The notes below the pieces were generated by a model, which did not search any database, was not told the DNA's origin, and saw nothing but the letters and a program-made list of their open reading frames with translations. This document shows, piece after piece, positions 25,090 to 34,887 of a stretch of DNA of 48,123 bases (position 1 is the first letter of the stretch; every line of letters begins with the position of its first letter). This DNA comes from Acidimicrobiales bacterium. Its GTDB lineage: Bacteria > Actinomycetota > Acidimicrobiia > Acidimicrobiales > JAJPHE01. The stretch lies in the NCBI GenBank assembly GCA_035533195.1, contig DATLUK010000295.1, forward strand, positions 1 to 48,123, written 5' to 3'. Position numbers and translations under genes: made by a program.

Positions 25090-25724
25090 CTACCTCGACG
25101 TCCTCGAGGGACCCTGCATTCGGCGAGAACGCCGTCTCCCCCCCGAACGGAAGCGGTCCTCTTCCCATGACGTCGGGATTCAGCGCTTTCGCATCGGCTA
25201 CCTCACGCCTGGAGAGAGGAGCCGGCCTCCGCGACCCCGGCCGCTGGCTGCTCGCGGCGGGACCGGCTCTGTTGGCCTTGGGAGTCGCCCTCATCGTCCT
25301 CGGGTGGGCAGGCGCGGCGTACACCACCGATTACTTCTCCCAGGTGCCCTATCTCATCTCCGGCGGGATCTTGGGACTGGCCCTCGTGATATGCGGCGGA
25401 CTCTGCTACATGATTCATTTCATTCTGCTTGCCCAGCGCCACTCCCAGGATGCCAATACCCAAGTCCTCGGCGCTCTCGACCGCCTGGACCAAAGCCTGG
25501 ACCGCGCCGCTACCCTGCTGGCATCTTCCGGCGCCGTGCGGACCGGCAAGGCCAGTTCTCCCGATTTGGTCATGACCGCCAGCGGGGAGATGATCCACAG
25601 ATTGGACTGCCCGGTGGTGACTGGACGCTCCTCGTCTGGACTGCGCCCGGTGACGCGCATCGGACCGGCCGCTTCCTTATGCCGAATATGCCACCCCACG
25701 GTCCCATCGGCGGGGAGGAAGTAG
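25086..25724 (+). CDS. Hypothetical two-TM membrane protein with a C-terminal Cys/His cluster
   Basis: 212 aa from ATG 25086 (ATGA overlap with the upstream stop). Two hydrophobic helices (WLLAAGPALLALGVALIVLGWAG; ISGGILGLALVICGGLCYMIHFILLA) are followed by a helical segment and HRLDCP...(26 aa)...CRICHP. The ORF track shows a longer in-frame 5' extension from 24969. Confidence 0.55.
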   Translation: MTTSTSSRDPAFGENAVSPPNGSGPLPMTSGFSAFASATSRLERGAGLRDPGRWLLAAGPALLALGVALIVLGWAGAAYTTDYFSQVPYLISGGILGLALVICGGLCYMIHFILLAQRHSQDANTQVLGALDRLDQSLDRAATLLASSGAVRTGKASSPDLVMTASGEMIHRLDCPVVTGRSSSGLRPVTRIGPAASLCRICHPTVPSAGRK

Positions 25725-25782
25725 CTATGCGGTCCTGCTGCTCGAGCCGGAGAGACTTCCACTGATCTAAAGGAGGAATGGA

Positions 25783-27021
25783 ATGAGCCTGTTCCCGAGC
25801 ACGCTCGACGAGATCGACTTTTGGGACCTGGAGATGTTCACCGAGGGAGACCCCCATCAGGCCTGGAGCATCCTCCGGGACCAAGCGCCCGTGTACTGGC
25901 ATGAGCGGGAGGGAGGGGAACCGTTCTGGGCGGTGACGCGCTACGAGGACGGACGCGCCGTGCAGGGGGACCCGATCGTGTTCAGCTCTGAGAATCCAGG
26001 AATCCGGCTTCGCTCGGCTGACATGATCAATGCATACGCGGGGGGAATGGGCCGCTCGATGATCGGGACCGATCCGCCGGCGCATCAACCCCGCCGTCGT
26101 GTGATCAGCCACAATTTCACGCCCCGCAGCGTCGCCGACTGGGAGGCGGAAGTACGCCGGATCGCCCAGCAGTGCCTGGCGAGCGCGGCGGAGCTCGGAG
26201 AGTTCGACTTCGTGACCGAGGTGGCGCACAAGGTCCCTGCGGCGGTAGCCCTGCTGCTCATCGGGGTCCCGGAGTCGGACTGGGCTTACATGACTGAGCT
26301 GGAGCATATGCAGATCACCTCCGATGATTCAGAATTCCAAAAGGGGCGTTCTCGGGCAGAGACTGCTCGCCAGGCCCAGATAGAGATCCACACCTACTTC
26401 TCACAGTTGGTCCGTGAACGGATGAAGAAGCCCGGAGACGACCTGCTCAGCCAGCTCCTGGCTGGCACCGCCGACGGGGAGCCCATCCCCTTCGAGGATG
26501 TGGTGGCCGAGGCGGGCCTCCTGCTGGCCGGTGGCCTCGATACCACCCGCGCCGCCGCCTCCGCCGGGGGAATGCTGCCGCTCCTCGAGCACCCTGGTCA
26601 GATGCGCCGGCTGCGCGAGGACCCGTCGTTGCTGGGCCCTGCGGTCGAGGAGTTCGTGCGCTGGGCCAGTCCCATTGTGCACGATGCTCGCACCGTGACA
26701 CGAGATGTCGAATTCCGGGGTCATCGCTTCGAGACCGGCCAGCGGGTGGCCGTCTGGATGCCGTCGTGCAATCGTGATGCCAGCCAGTTCCACGATCCAT
26801 TCGCCTTCGACTCGGCGCGCTCGCCCAATCGACACCTCGGCTTCGCTCATGGGGAGCATTTCTGCCTTGGAGCGCACCTGGCCCGCCTGACCCTACGTGT
26901 CGAGTTTGATGAGTTGCTCAGAACCTTCACTGACATCGAACTTGTCGGCCAGCCCGAGAGGGTACGCTCGAATTTCGTTGGTGGGCTCAAGCGTCTCCCC
27001 GTCCGAGCCAAGGCAGCCTGA
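25783..27021 (+). CDS. Cytochrome P450
   Basis: Heme loop FAHGEHFCLGAHLAR (FxxGxxxCxG), I-helix AGGLDTT and K-helix EEFVRW (ExxR). A strong RBS, AAAGGAGGAATGGA, precedes the ATG. Confidence 0.95.
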   Translation: MSLFPSTLDEIDFWDLEMFTEGDPHQAWSILRDQAPVYWHEREGGEPFWAVTRYEDGRAVQGDPIVFSSENPGIRLRSADMINAYAGGMGRSMIGTDPPAHQPRRRVISHNFTPRSVADWEAEVRRIAQQCLASAAELGEFDFVTEVAHKVPAAVALLLIGVPESDWAYMTELEHMQITSDDSEFQKGRSRAETARQAQIEIHTYFSQLVRERMKKPGDDLLSQLLAGTADGEPIPFEDVVAEAGLLLAGGLDTTRAAASAGGMLPLLEHPGQMRRLREDPSLLGPAVEEFVRWASPIVHDARTVTRDVEFRGHRFETGQRVAVWMPSCNRDASQFHDPFAFDSARSPNRHLGFAHGEHFCLGAHLARLTLRVEFDELLRTFTDIELVGQPERVRSNFVGGLKRLPVRAKAA

Positions 27022-27051
27022 GGCCGGAGGCCAAGGCGAAAGGAGGAAGCG

Positions 27052-28128
27052 ATGAGAGGTGCTGTCCTACGCGGGGTAAGCGAGTTGCTCGAGGTGCGAG
27101 ACGACCTGCAAGTGGTACCTCCGGGTCCTGGTGAGGTAAAGCTGCGGGTCCATGCCAGTGGTGTCTGCCACTCCGACGTCTCGGCTCAGAACGGCACCAT
27201 TCCGGTGCAGATGCCCATCGTGCTCGGCCACGAAGGGGCCGGGGTGGTGACCGAGGTAGGCAAGGGTGTCACGACCCTCGGAGAGGGCGACCACGTCATC
27301 ATCGCCTGGGTGACGCCGTGTGGCCACTGCACGTTCTGTCTGACGGGCCAGGCCAATCTCTGTACCGGGGGCACGAATCCGAGCCCTCGGTTCAGCCTGG
27401 CGGGAGACCCCGTCTATGGCTTCGCCGGAACCGGCACATTCGCGGAGGAACTGGTCGTGCCTGCCGAGGCGGCCATTCGTATCGCGGACGACATTCCGCT
27501 TGACTTGGCTTCTCTCATCGGCTGCGGAGTGATGACTGGGGTCGGCGCCGCCCTCAATACGGCCAAGGTCCGCCCCGGCAGCTCGGTGATCGTATTCGGG
27601 TGCGGAGGAGTCGGGGTCAGCATCATCCAGGGAGCCCGGATCGCGGGAGCCGCCGAGATCGTGGCGGTGGACCGGGTGGCGAACAAGCTAGAGGCCGCCC
27701 GGCGTTTCGGCGCCACCCATGCCGTCGGAGCCGACCAACTGGCCGACGTCAAGATGGAGGTCACCAGTGGCGTCGGTTTCGACTACGCATTCGAGGCCAT
27801 CGGCTCGCCCCAGACGATCCGGGCGGCCTATGACGCCGCCCGTCGGGGGGGTATGGCGGTGATCGTTGGCGTAGGTCGGACTACCGAGCAAGTTCAGTTC
27901 TCCGCCTTCGAGCTGTTCCATGGTGAGAAGGACCTCAAGGGATCGCTCTACGGATCGGGAGATGTACGGACCGACTTCGATCGGCTGATACGTCTTTGGC
28001 GTTCCGGCCGCCTCGATCTGGAGGGCATGATCAGCCGCCGCATCGGCCTGTCCGACGTCAACGAGGCTTTCGAAGCCATCCAGCGAGGGGAAGCGATCCG
28101 CTCGGTAATCGAGTTTTCCCGGGCCTGA
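27052..28128 (+). CDS. Zinc-dependent alcohol dehydrogenase (MDR superfamily)
   Basis: GVCHSDVS, GHEGAGVV, the structural-zinc cluster CGHCTFCLTGQANLC and the Rossmann motif VFGCGGVG. Confidence 0.9.
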   Translation: MRGAVLRGVSELLEVRDDLQVVPPGPGEVKLRVHASGVCHSDVSAQNGTIPVQMPIVLGHEGAGVVTEVGKGVTTLGEGDHVIIAWVTPCGHCTFCLTGQANLCTGGTNPSPRFSLAGDPVYGFAGTGTFAEELVVPAEAAIRIADDIPLDLASLIGCGVMTGVGAALNTAKVRPGSSVIVFGCGGVGVSIIQGARIAGAAEIVAVDRVANKLEAARRFGATHAVGADQLADVKMEVTSGVGFDYAFEAIGSPQTIRAAYDAARRGGMAVIVGVGRTTEQVQFSAFELFHGEKDLKGSLYGSGDVRTDFDRLIRLWRSGRLDLEGMISRRIGLSDVNEAFEAIQRGEAIRSVIEFSRA

Positions 28129-28462
28129 GGCGACACCCGACCGCTCTCGGGGACTTGGTCAGGCGTGGGTAACAAACAGTGGCCCTTTCGTCCCACTCTT
28201 CCGCCTCTCCGGCCTCAACTGCACCACGTTCCGCCAAAGTCGCTAGGCGTGGAATCCGGCTTTGTCTTGTTGCACTACACCGCGCCTAACTGATATACAC
28301 AGCGTATTCTTTCGGGGAGGGAGAGGGCGTGGAGGGAGCGGCTCGGTTTCTACCCGGCAGGTCCGCGACCCAGTCTCACCTCCCATGCGACCGGGGGGCC
28401 GGTCTCATTATCGACGCTCGTCCCTATGAAATGAGTTTCCTTACAGCCGAAGGACAGACGGC

Positions 28463-30013
28463 ATGAAGGTGCCCCTCACAGTTGCGGACTTTCTCTTCCG
28501 TGGCGCCGCGCTCTATCCCGATCGCCTGGCCGTGGTCGACGAGCCCGACACGCCCGGTAGCCTCGGGAGTCTCAGCTACAGGGACCTCGACGCTCGAGCC
28601 CGGGGGTTGGCCCTGGTGCTGGACTCGCTCGGGATCGAAGCAGGAGGTCGTGTCGCCATTGTCAGCCCGAATGCCACCCGCTTCCAGATTGCCTACTTCG
28701 GGGTAAGCGGATGGGGACGGACGCTGGTGCCGATCAATTACCGCCTCAACGCCGCGGAGATCGGCTATATCGTCGAGCACGCCAAGGCGTCGGTCCTGCT
28801 GATCGATCCCGCCTCGGACGAGGAACTCGCTGACGTAAAGGTCGAGCACCGATTCGTCCTCGATGGCGTCCAGGACGCCGAGCTGTTCAATCCGGCGCCT
28901 GAGGGCGCCATGCCGCGAGAGTGGGTGACCGACGAGGACAGCACGGCATCCATCAACTACACGAGCGGAACAACGGCACGGCCGAAGGGCGTCCAGCTGA
29001 CCCACCGGAACATCTGGCTTAACGCCGCCATCTTCGGCTGGCAGGTCGGCGTGTCGGACCGGGACGTCTTCATGCACACGCTGCCGATGTTCCATTGCAA
29101 CGGCTGGGGAATGCCGTATGCCGTTACAGGAATGGGAGTGCCACAGGTCATCGTGCGGAAGATCGTCGGAGAGGACATCCTTCAGCGTATCGAGACGCAT
29201 GGAGTGACGCTGCTCTGCGGTGCCCCGGCCGTCCTGGCGGCCATCCTCGAAGCGGCGACCGCCAGGCGCGAGCGCGGTCTGTCCACCCCGGGCCGGGACT
29301 GTGTCCGCATGGTGGTGGCGGGTGCGCCGCCCCCGTCCAAGACGATAGAGCGACTCGAGACGGATCTGGGCTGGGAGTTCATACAGCTCTACGGGCTCAC
29401 CGAGACGACGCCCCTCCTAACTCTCAACCGGACACGGGCAGAGTGGGACGGGCTCGAGCCGAGCCGCCGGGCTCGTCTGCTCTCGAGAGCCGGACCTCCG
29501 GCCCTCGGCATCCGGGTCCAAGTGGCCGAGGATGGAGAGATACTGGCCCGAGGCAATCACGTCTTCGCCGGGTACCTAGACCAGCCGGACGAGACCGCCA
29601 AGGCTCTGGCCGACGGATGGTTTCACACGGGTGATCAGGGCTACATCGAGGACGGCACCTACGTGGTGATCGCCGACAGAAAGAAAGACGTGATCATCAC
29701 CGGAGGCGAAAACGTCTCATCGGTCGAGGTCGAGGACTGCCTCTATCAGCATCCCGCCGTGAGCGAGGCGGCCGTCATCGGGGTACCGGACGAGCACTGG
29801 GGCGAGACGGTAAAGGCCCTGGTGGTCCTGGCGAACGGCAGCGAGGCGACGGAGGGCGAGCTCATTTCGTTCTGCCGCGAGCGCCTCGCCCACTTCAAGT
29901 GCCCCACCTCTGTCGACTTCCGGGCTGCCCTCGCACGCACGGCCACCGGCAAACTCCAGAAGTTCAAGCTTCGCGAACCTTTCTGGCAGGGATCCGAACG
30001 AAGGGTCAACTGA
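28463..30013 (+). CDS. Acyl-CoA synthetase / AMP-dependent ligase (FadD-like)
   Basis: AMP-binding motif YTSGTTARPKGV, then YGLTET, GWFHTGD and the C-terminal GKLQK lysine motif. Confidence 0.95.
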   Translation: MKVPLTVADFLFRGAALYPDRLAVVDEPDTPGSLGSLSYRDLDARARGLALVLDSLGIEAGGRVAIVSPNATRFQIAYFGVSGWGRTLVPINYRLNAAEIGYIVEHAKASVLLIDPASDEELADVKVEHRFVLDGVQDAELFNPAPEGAMPREWVTDEDSTASINYTSGTTARPKGVQLTHRNIWLNAAIFGWQVGVSDRDVFMHTLPMFHCNGWGMPYAVTGMGVPQVIVRKIVGEDILQRIETHGVTLLCGAPAVLAAILEAATARRERGLSTPGRDCVRMVVAGAPPPSKTIERLETDLGWEFIQLYGLTETTPLLTLNRTRAEWDGLEPSRRARLLSRAGPPALGIRVQVAEDGEILARGNHVFAGYLDQPDETAKALADGWFHTGDQGYIEDGTYVVIADRKKDVIITGGENVSSVEVEDCLYQHPAVSEAAVIGVPDEHWGETVKALVVLANGSEATEGELISFCRERLAHFKCPTSVDFRAALARTATGKLQKFKLREPFWQGSERRVN

Positions 30014-30132
30014 TGCGTCGCCATCCGGGGTCATCTTGCGAGACAGTTTGCCTAGTTGCTAGACCAAGTCTGTTTCGGGGAGGCCGGCCTCCGGTTGGCG
30101 TCCCTATGTTCAGGGAGCTATAGAGGTGAATA

Positions 30133-31089
30133 ATGCCGTTAGATCCTGAGGTGGACGCACTACTTGCCCAGATGGCGGAGGCCCGGACTAGGCGGCTGTG
30201 GGAGTCATCCGTCGACGAAGCCCGGGCCGCGGTCGACTTGGCACCCCGGCGTCCGGGACGCCCCATGGCAGAGGTCACCGACTTGCAGGTAGCCGGCGGA
30301 GACGGCCGCATCCCGGCGCGACTCTACCGCCCGGCCCAAGAGCCCATCCTGCCCGGCCTGGTCTACTTCCACGGTGGCGGCTGGGTGCTGTGCGGACTCG
30401 ACTCGCACGACGGCACGTGCCGAGCGATCGCCGACCAGGCCGGCTGCGTGGTGCTCTCGGTCGACTACCGCCTGGCCCCGGAACACCACTTCCCTGCCGC
30501 CGTGGAGGACGCAGTGGCCTCAGCCAGCTGGTTCGCGGAGCACGCCAAGGATCTCGGTGTAGATCCGCAGCGGATCGCGGTTGGAGGGGACAGCGCCGGC
30601 GCCAACCTGGCCGCCGTGGTGGCCCTCCGGGCGCGGAATGAGGGTCGGCGTCCGTTCCTGCAGCAGCTCCTCATCTACCCGGTTACGGATTACGACTTCG
30701 AGCGGCCGTCCATGCTGGACCCTGGAGACGACCGGGTCCTCACCGCGGAGGACATGCGATGGTTCTGGAGCCACTATCTGGACGACCCACTGGCGGGGCA
30801 CCACGTGGACGCGTCGCCGCTGCGCGCCGACCTATCCGGCCTACCACCCACGATCGTGGTCACTGCTGAATACGATCCTCTGCGGGACGACGGTTCGGCG
30901 TACGCGGCCCGGCTGGCCGAGTACGGCGTCCCGGTGGAGCATCTCACCGCTGACGGCATGCCCCACGGATTCATCGGCATGGCCGACATCGTCCGGTCGG
31001 CCGGAGATCATCTCGAACGCTTCGCGGACCTGCTCGCAGCCGGTTTCCGCACCCCCCTATCCACCATTACCCATGACGGAGGTGCCTGA
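30133..31089 (+). CDS. Alpha/beta hydrolase, hormone-sensitive-lipase-type esterase/lipase
   Basis: Oxyanion motif HGGGW, nucleophile elbow GDSAGANLA and a downstream DPLRDD...H consistent with the Asp/His of the triad. Confidence 0.9.
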   Translation: MPLDPEVDALLAQMAEARTRRLWESSVDEARAAVDLAPRRPGRPMAEVTDLQVAGGDGRIPARLYRPAQEPILPGLVYFHGGGWVLCGLDSHDGTCRAIADQAGCVVLSVDYRLAPEHHFPAAVEDAVASASWFAEHAKDLGVDPQRIAVGGDSAGANLAAVVALRARNEGRRPFLQQLLIYPVTDYDFERPSMLDPGDDRVLTAEDMRWFWSHYLDDPLAGHHVDASPLRADLSGLPPTIVVTAEYDPLRDDGSAYAARLAEYGVPVEHLTADGMPHGFIGMADIVRSAGDHLERFADLLAAGFRTPLSTITHDGGA

Positions 31090-31891
31090 CGTGCCCGATG
31101 CCATCGTCGAACGTGACGGCCATGTGATGACGATCACCATGAATCGTCCTAAGCGCTTCAACGCGCTTTCGGGCGCCATGCTCATCCGGATGTACGACGC
31201 CATGGTCGAGGCTTCGAATGACCCGGAGATCCGAGCGATAATCCTCACCGGCGCTGGTGGGAACTTCTGCTCGGGGGCCGACCTGCGGGCCATGAGCGGC
31301 GACGCCGAGGACACCGACGGCGAGATCGACGTCGAGGCCAGGAATGCAGCCGAGCCGGGACTCGGGATGAAGGCGCTGCTGCGGGACTGGAGGCCGACCA
31401 AGCCGGTCATCGCCGCGGTCGAGGGCGTCGCTATTGCTGGAGGCACCGAGATTCTCCAGGGCACGGACATCCGGGTAGGCGCCCAGGGCGCCCGATTCGG
31501 GGTAAGCGAGGCCCGCTGGTCGCTGTACCCGATGGCCGGCTCGGCCGTCCGCCTACGCCGGCAGATCCCTTACACAGTGGCGGCCGACATCCTTCTTACG
31601 GCCAAGCACGTAACGGCCGAGGAGGCGTACCGCATCGGCCTGATCGCCTATCTGGTACCCGACGGCCAGGCACTGGCCAAAGCCCGCGAAGTAGCCGAAG
31701 TCATCGCTGGCAACGGCCCGCTGGCCGTGGCTGCGATCCTCAAGACTCTCCACGAGACCGACGGCATGACCGAGAAGGAGGCGCTGGCCTACGAACTCGA
31801 ATACGGCCGGGCGGTCTTCAGCTCGAACGATGCCAAGGAGGGCCCGCTGGCATTCAGCGAGAAACGGCGCCCGGTGTTCACCGGCTCGTGA
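31073..31891 (+). CDS. Enoyl-CoA hydratase/isomerase (crotonase family)
   Basis: [29 protein letters not shown] and [16 protein letters not shown] take the start at ATG 31073 (MTEVPD...), which overlaps the esterase 3' end by 17 nt. The ORF-track entry 30581-31891 is the same frame extended 5'. Confidence 0.9.
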   Translation: MTEVPDVPDAIVERDGHVMTITMNRPKRFNALSGAMLIRMYDAMVEASNDPEIRAIILTGAGGNFCSGADLRAMSGDAEDTDGEIDVEARNAAEPGLGMKALLRDWRPTKPVIAAVEGVAIAGGTEILQGTDIRVGAQGARFGVSEARWSLYPMAGSAVRLRRQIPYTVAADILLTAKHVTAEEAYRIGLIAYLVPDGQALAKAREVAEVIAGNGPLAVAAILKTLHETDGMTEKEALAYELEYGRAVFSSNDAKEGPLAFSEKRRPVFTGS

Positions 31892-31940
31892 GTCTTTCCT
31901 CTCCCCGAGAGTTCCGCTCAGCAAGCGATAGGAGTCACCC

Positions 31941-33026
31941 ATGAAGGCAGCCGTCCTCCACCACAGCCCCGGTGAGCTGTCGATCGAAGACGTATCGCTG
32001 GACAAGCCGGGCCCCAGGGAAGTCCTCGTACGCGTGGCCGCGACCGGACTGTGCCACAGCGACCTCCACTACCTGGAGCGGGCCTACGAGCTGAAGGGCC
32101 CGATGATCCTCGGTCACGAAGGAGCCGGAAGGGTGGAGGCGGTGGGATCCGATGTCACCTATGTCAGGCCCGGTGACCACGTCATCGCGTACCTCGCCGG
32201 ATTCTGCGGGTCCTGCGAGTGGTGCCTGGCTGGTCGCATGACCCTCTGCCCTCGCGTCGGACTGAGCCGCGGCAACGACGAGGCACCGAGAATCCGGCTG
32301 TCGGACGGCCGCCCCTGCCTCCAGTTTGCCGGCCTGTCGACCTTCGCCGAGGAGATGCTCATCCACGAGAACACAGTCGTCAAGATCGATCCGGACATCC
32401 CACTCGATCGGGCGGCCCTGGTCGGCTGCGCCGTGCCGACCGGGGTCGGGGCGGTGATCCGGACGGCCAAGGTCACACCGGGCGCCACTGTCGCGGTGAT
32501 CGGATGCGGAGGCGTCGGGCTCAACTGCATCCAGGGAGCGGTCATCGCCGGCGCCCGGCGCATCGTGGCCATCGACATCAACGACGGCAAGTTGGCTACG
32601 GCCAGGGACTTCGGGGCGACGGACACGATCAACAATTCAGACGGCACCGCGCTCGAGCAGCTGGACGCCTGTCTGCCCGGGGAAGGCGGGGTCGACTACT
32701 CGTTCGAGGCGCTCGGGAGTGCCCAGACCTACGAGCTGGCTTTCTCGATCCTTCGCCCGGGAGGCACGGCCACCGTGATCGGGGTGGCTTCGGGGACCTT
32801 CACGCTTCCCACGGGTCCCTTCCTTGCCGAGCGACGCATCCAGGGCTGCATCATGGGCTCGGTACGGTTCCGCCAGGACCTGCCGTACCTGCTGGATCTG
32901 TACCGCGCCGGACGGTTGAAGCTCGATGAGCTGGTGTCCAAACGGATACCTCTCGAGCAGATCAACGAGGGTTACGCGGCCATCAGTGACGGCTCAGTGG
33001 CCCGCTCCGTGGTCGTCTTCGACTAG
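31941..33026 (+). CDS. Zinc-dependent alcohol dehydrogenase (MDR superfamily)
   Basis: GLCHSDLH, GHEGAGRV, CGSCEWCLAGRMTLC and VIGCGGVGL. It is a paralogue of 27052-28128. Confidence 0.9.
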   Translation: MKAAVLHHSPGELSIEDVSLDKPGPREVLVRVAATGLCHSDLHYLERAYELKGPMILGHEGAGRVEAVGSDVTYVRPGDHVIAYLAGFCGSCEWCLAGRMTLCPRVGLSRGNDEAPRIRLSDGRPCLQFAGLSTFAEEMLIHENTVVKIDPDIPLDRAALVGCAVPTGVGAVIRTAKVTPGATVAVIGCGGVGLNCIQGAVIAGARRIVAIDINDGKLATARDFGATDTINNSDGTALEQLDACLPGEGGVDYSFEALGSAQTYELAFSILRPGGTATVIGVASGTFTLPTGPFLAERRIQGCIMGSVRFRQDLPYLLDLYRAGRLKLDELVSKRIPLEQINEGYAAISDGSVARSVVVFD

Positions 33027-33390
33027 AAGCTTCGAAGCCCGCAGGGGATCGCGGCGGTCCGGTTCGGCTATCCCTAAACCCCGGCGGGGTGACCGGGGCC
33101 CCGAGTTCGGGCTCGGCTACTCTGCATCCGCCGTTGGCCGGTTGGTGGGCGTTCAACCCGTGGGCATCGCCCTTCGGCGACGCTCCACGCTAGCTCTCAG
33201 CTCGCCCCACAGCCTGCCCAGCAGCTCGGCAGACTCAGCGGACGCCAAGGACTCAAGCTCTTCGTGAAGCTCAGCGGCAGCTTGGCGGGCAACAATCAGC
33301 CGGTCCTCGAGGCCAGAGACGGTCAGGGCCTGGGGGTGGCGGGCAGCTACCGCGGTAGCCTCGGTCAGGCGGACTGCAGCCACCGCGTCG

Positions 33391-34887
33391 TCAAGCCAGG
33401 GACTCAAGCATCGCCTGCTCCCGCTGCTCCGAGGAGCGGCCGGCACCGCCGACCCGCCGCTCGACCCGCCAGAGAGCGAAGGCGGGAAGGACGGCGACCA
33501 TCGAGATCAGGATCACCCACAGGTAGGTGCGGTCAAATGCAGTGGCCATCGACCGGGCCCTGGAGCCGGCACGGGTCAGATTGCCCTGCAGGACGACCGC
33601 GACCAAAGCCGTGCCGAGAGATCCACCAATTCTCTGGATCACGTTGAGCTGCGGACTGGCGTCTTCGATCTGGTCCTTCTCCAAGGCCGAGAAGGCCGCG
33701 CTCATAGCCGGCATGATGGCCAGCCCCACGCCCACTCCCCTAGTCGCCATCGCCGCGGAGATGAGTAGGTACGACGTGTGGGTCCCGACGAAGAGGAACG
33801 GGCAGGTGCACAGGGCGACGATTCCCACTCCGAGCAGCGACGTCAGACCGGCCCCGAACCGCTCCGTGGCGACGGCCGAGCGATTCATGCCCAGGGCGGC
33901 CCCGGCTCCCTGGGGGATGAGCAGGAGCCCGGTGCTCATCGCGTCGAGGTGCCTCCCATCCTGGAAGTAGAGCGGGAGCAGGATCATGGCTCCGAACAGC
34001 GCCGCGCCGAGGCAGAACAGCACCACGGTGGCTGCGGTGTAGGCCGGGTTGCCGTACAGCTTCAGGTCGAGCAACGGCCGGGGAACTCGCTGGGCGTGCA
34101 GCACGAAGACGCCCAGCAGGGCGCAACCCGTGAGGACGGGCAGCAGTACCGCCAGTGATGCGATGCTTCCGGCCGTAGCGCTCTGGGACAGCCCGTAGGT
34201 CACTCCGACCGTCCCCGTCCCTGCCAGGAGGAGTCCCACCCAGTCCAGCCGGCCGGCGCCACCGCGTGCCGGCTCGTCCCTCGGGAGCAGGCGGATCGCG
34301 ACCAGACCGGTCGCGACCCCGATCGGCACGTTGATCATGAATATGGCGTGCCAGCTCACGTTCTGCAGAAGGAATCCGCCCAGGGTCGGCCCGAACACGG
34401 GCGCCAGGACCATCGGCGTGCCGATCGCGCTCATGACGTGCGGGATTCTGGCGCGGTCGGTCGCCCGGATCAGGATGGTCATGCCGGTCGGGAGAACCAG
34501 GCCGCCCCCCGCCCCCTGCAATGCCCGGAACGCCACCAGTTCGGGAGCCGAGCTGGCGGCCGCGCAGAGCGCCGAGCCGAGCGTGAAGAGCAAGAGAGCC
34601 CAGAGGTACACCCTGTAGGCGCTGTAGCGCCGGACCGCCCACCCGCCGAGGGGGATCACCGCCGCCAGGGCCAGGAGATAGGCGGACACCACCCACTGGA
34701 TGTCGTTGAGACCGGTGTGGAGGTCACGGGAGAGATCGGCCAGCGCTACGTTGACGATGGTCGTATCCAGCACCGACATGACCGAACCGAGCACGATCAC
34801 CAACGCGATCCGCTTCACCTCTGGCGTCATCCCGGGGGGCGCAGGGCGCTCCGAGGCGCCGCGACGAGGCTTGGGGCCAGTCACCAT
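33391..34887 (-). CDS. MFS transporter, DHA2 (EmrB/QacA, 14-TMS) family
   Basis: LGSVMSVLDTTIVNVALADLSRDL and GGWAVRRYSAYRVY match DHA2 motifs, with about 14 hydrophobic segments. The start is either ATG 34887 or ATG 34830. The ORF-track start at 34992 runs into the upstream relic. Confidence 0.9.
   Translation of the reverse strand: MVTGPKPRRGASERPAPPGMTPEVKRIALVIVLGSVMSVLDTTIVNVALADLSRDLHTGLNDIQWVVSAYLLALAAVIPLGGWAVRRYSAYRVYLWALLLFTLGSALCAAASSAPELVAFRALQGAGGGLVLPTGMTILIRATDRARIPHVMSAIGTPMVLAPVFGPTLGGFLLQNVSWHAIFMINVPIGVATGLVAIRLLPRDEPARGGAGRLDWVGLLLAGTGTVGVTYGLSQSATAGSIASLAVLLPVLTGCALLGVFVLHAQRVPRPLLDLKLYGNPAYTAATVVLFCLGAALFGAMILLPLYFQDGRHLDAMSTGLLLIPQGAGAALGMNRSAVATERFGAGLTSLLGVGIVALCTCPFLFVGTHTSYLLISAAMATRGVGVGLAIMPAMSAAFSALEKDQIEDASPQLNVIQRIGGSLGTALVAVVLQGNLTRAGSRARSMATAFDRTYLWVILISMVAVLPAFALWRVERRVGGAGRSSEQREQAMLESLA

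Noticed and set aside
28329-28466. A 45-codon upstream ORF (VEGAARFLPGRS...TAEGQTA*) starting after the GGGGAGGGAGAGGG tract. Its TGA overlaps the acyl-CoA ligase ATG (ATGA).
   Set aside because: Third-position G+C is only about 60% by my count, clearly below neighbouring genes. There is no recognisable motif. The overlap may be a coincidence. It would be worth a glance in Ribo-seq data but is not reportable as a gene.
33153-33446. The 97-aa minus-strand ORF downstream of the MFS gene. It could start at GTG 33383, giving a 76-aa helical, Ala/Leu/Glu-rich product (...LEDRLIVARQAAAELHEELESLASAESAELLGRLWGELRASVERRRRA).
   Set aside because: It has no recognisable family or clear RBS. The listed start overlaps the MFS 3' end, and its third-position GC is only moderately high. 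It might be a real small coiled-coil protein or a fragment of a larger gene, but I cannot support it from sequence alone.
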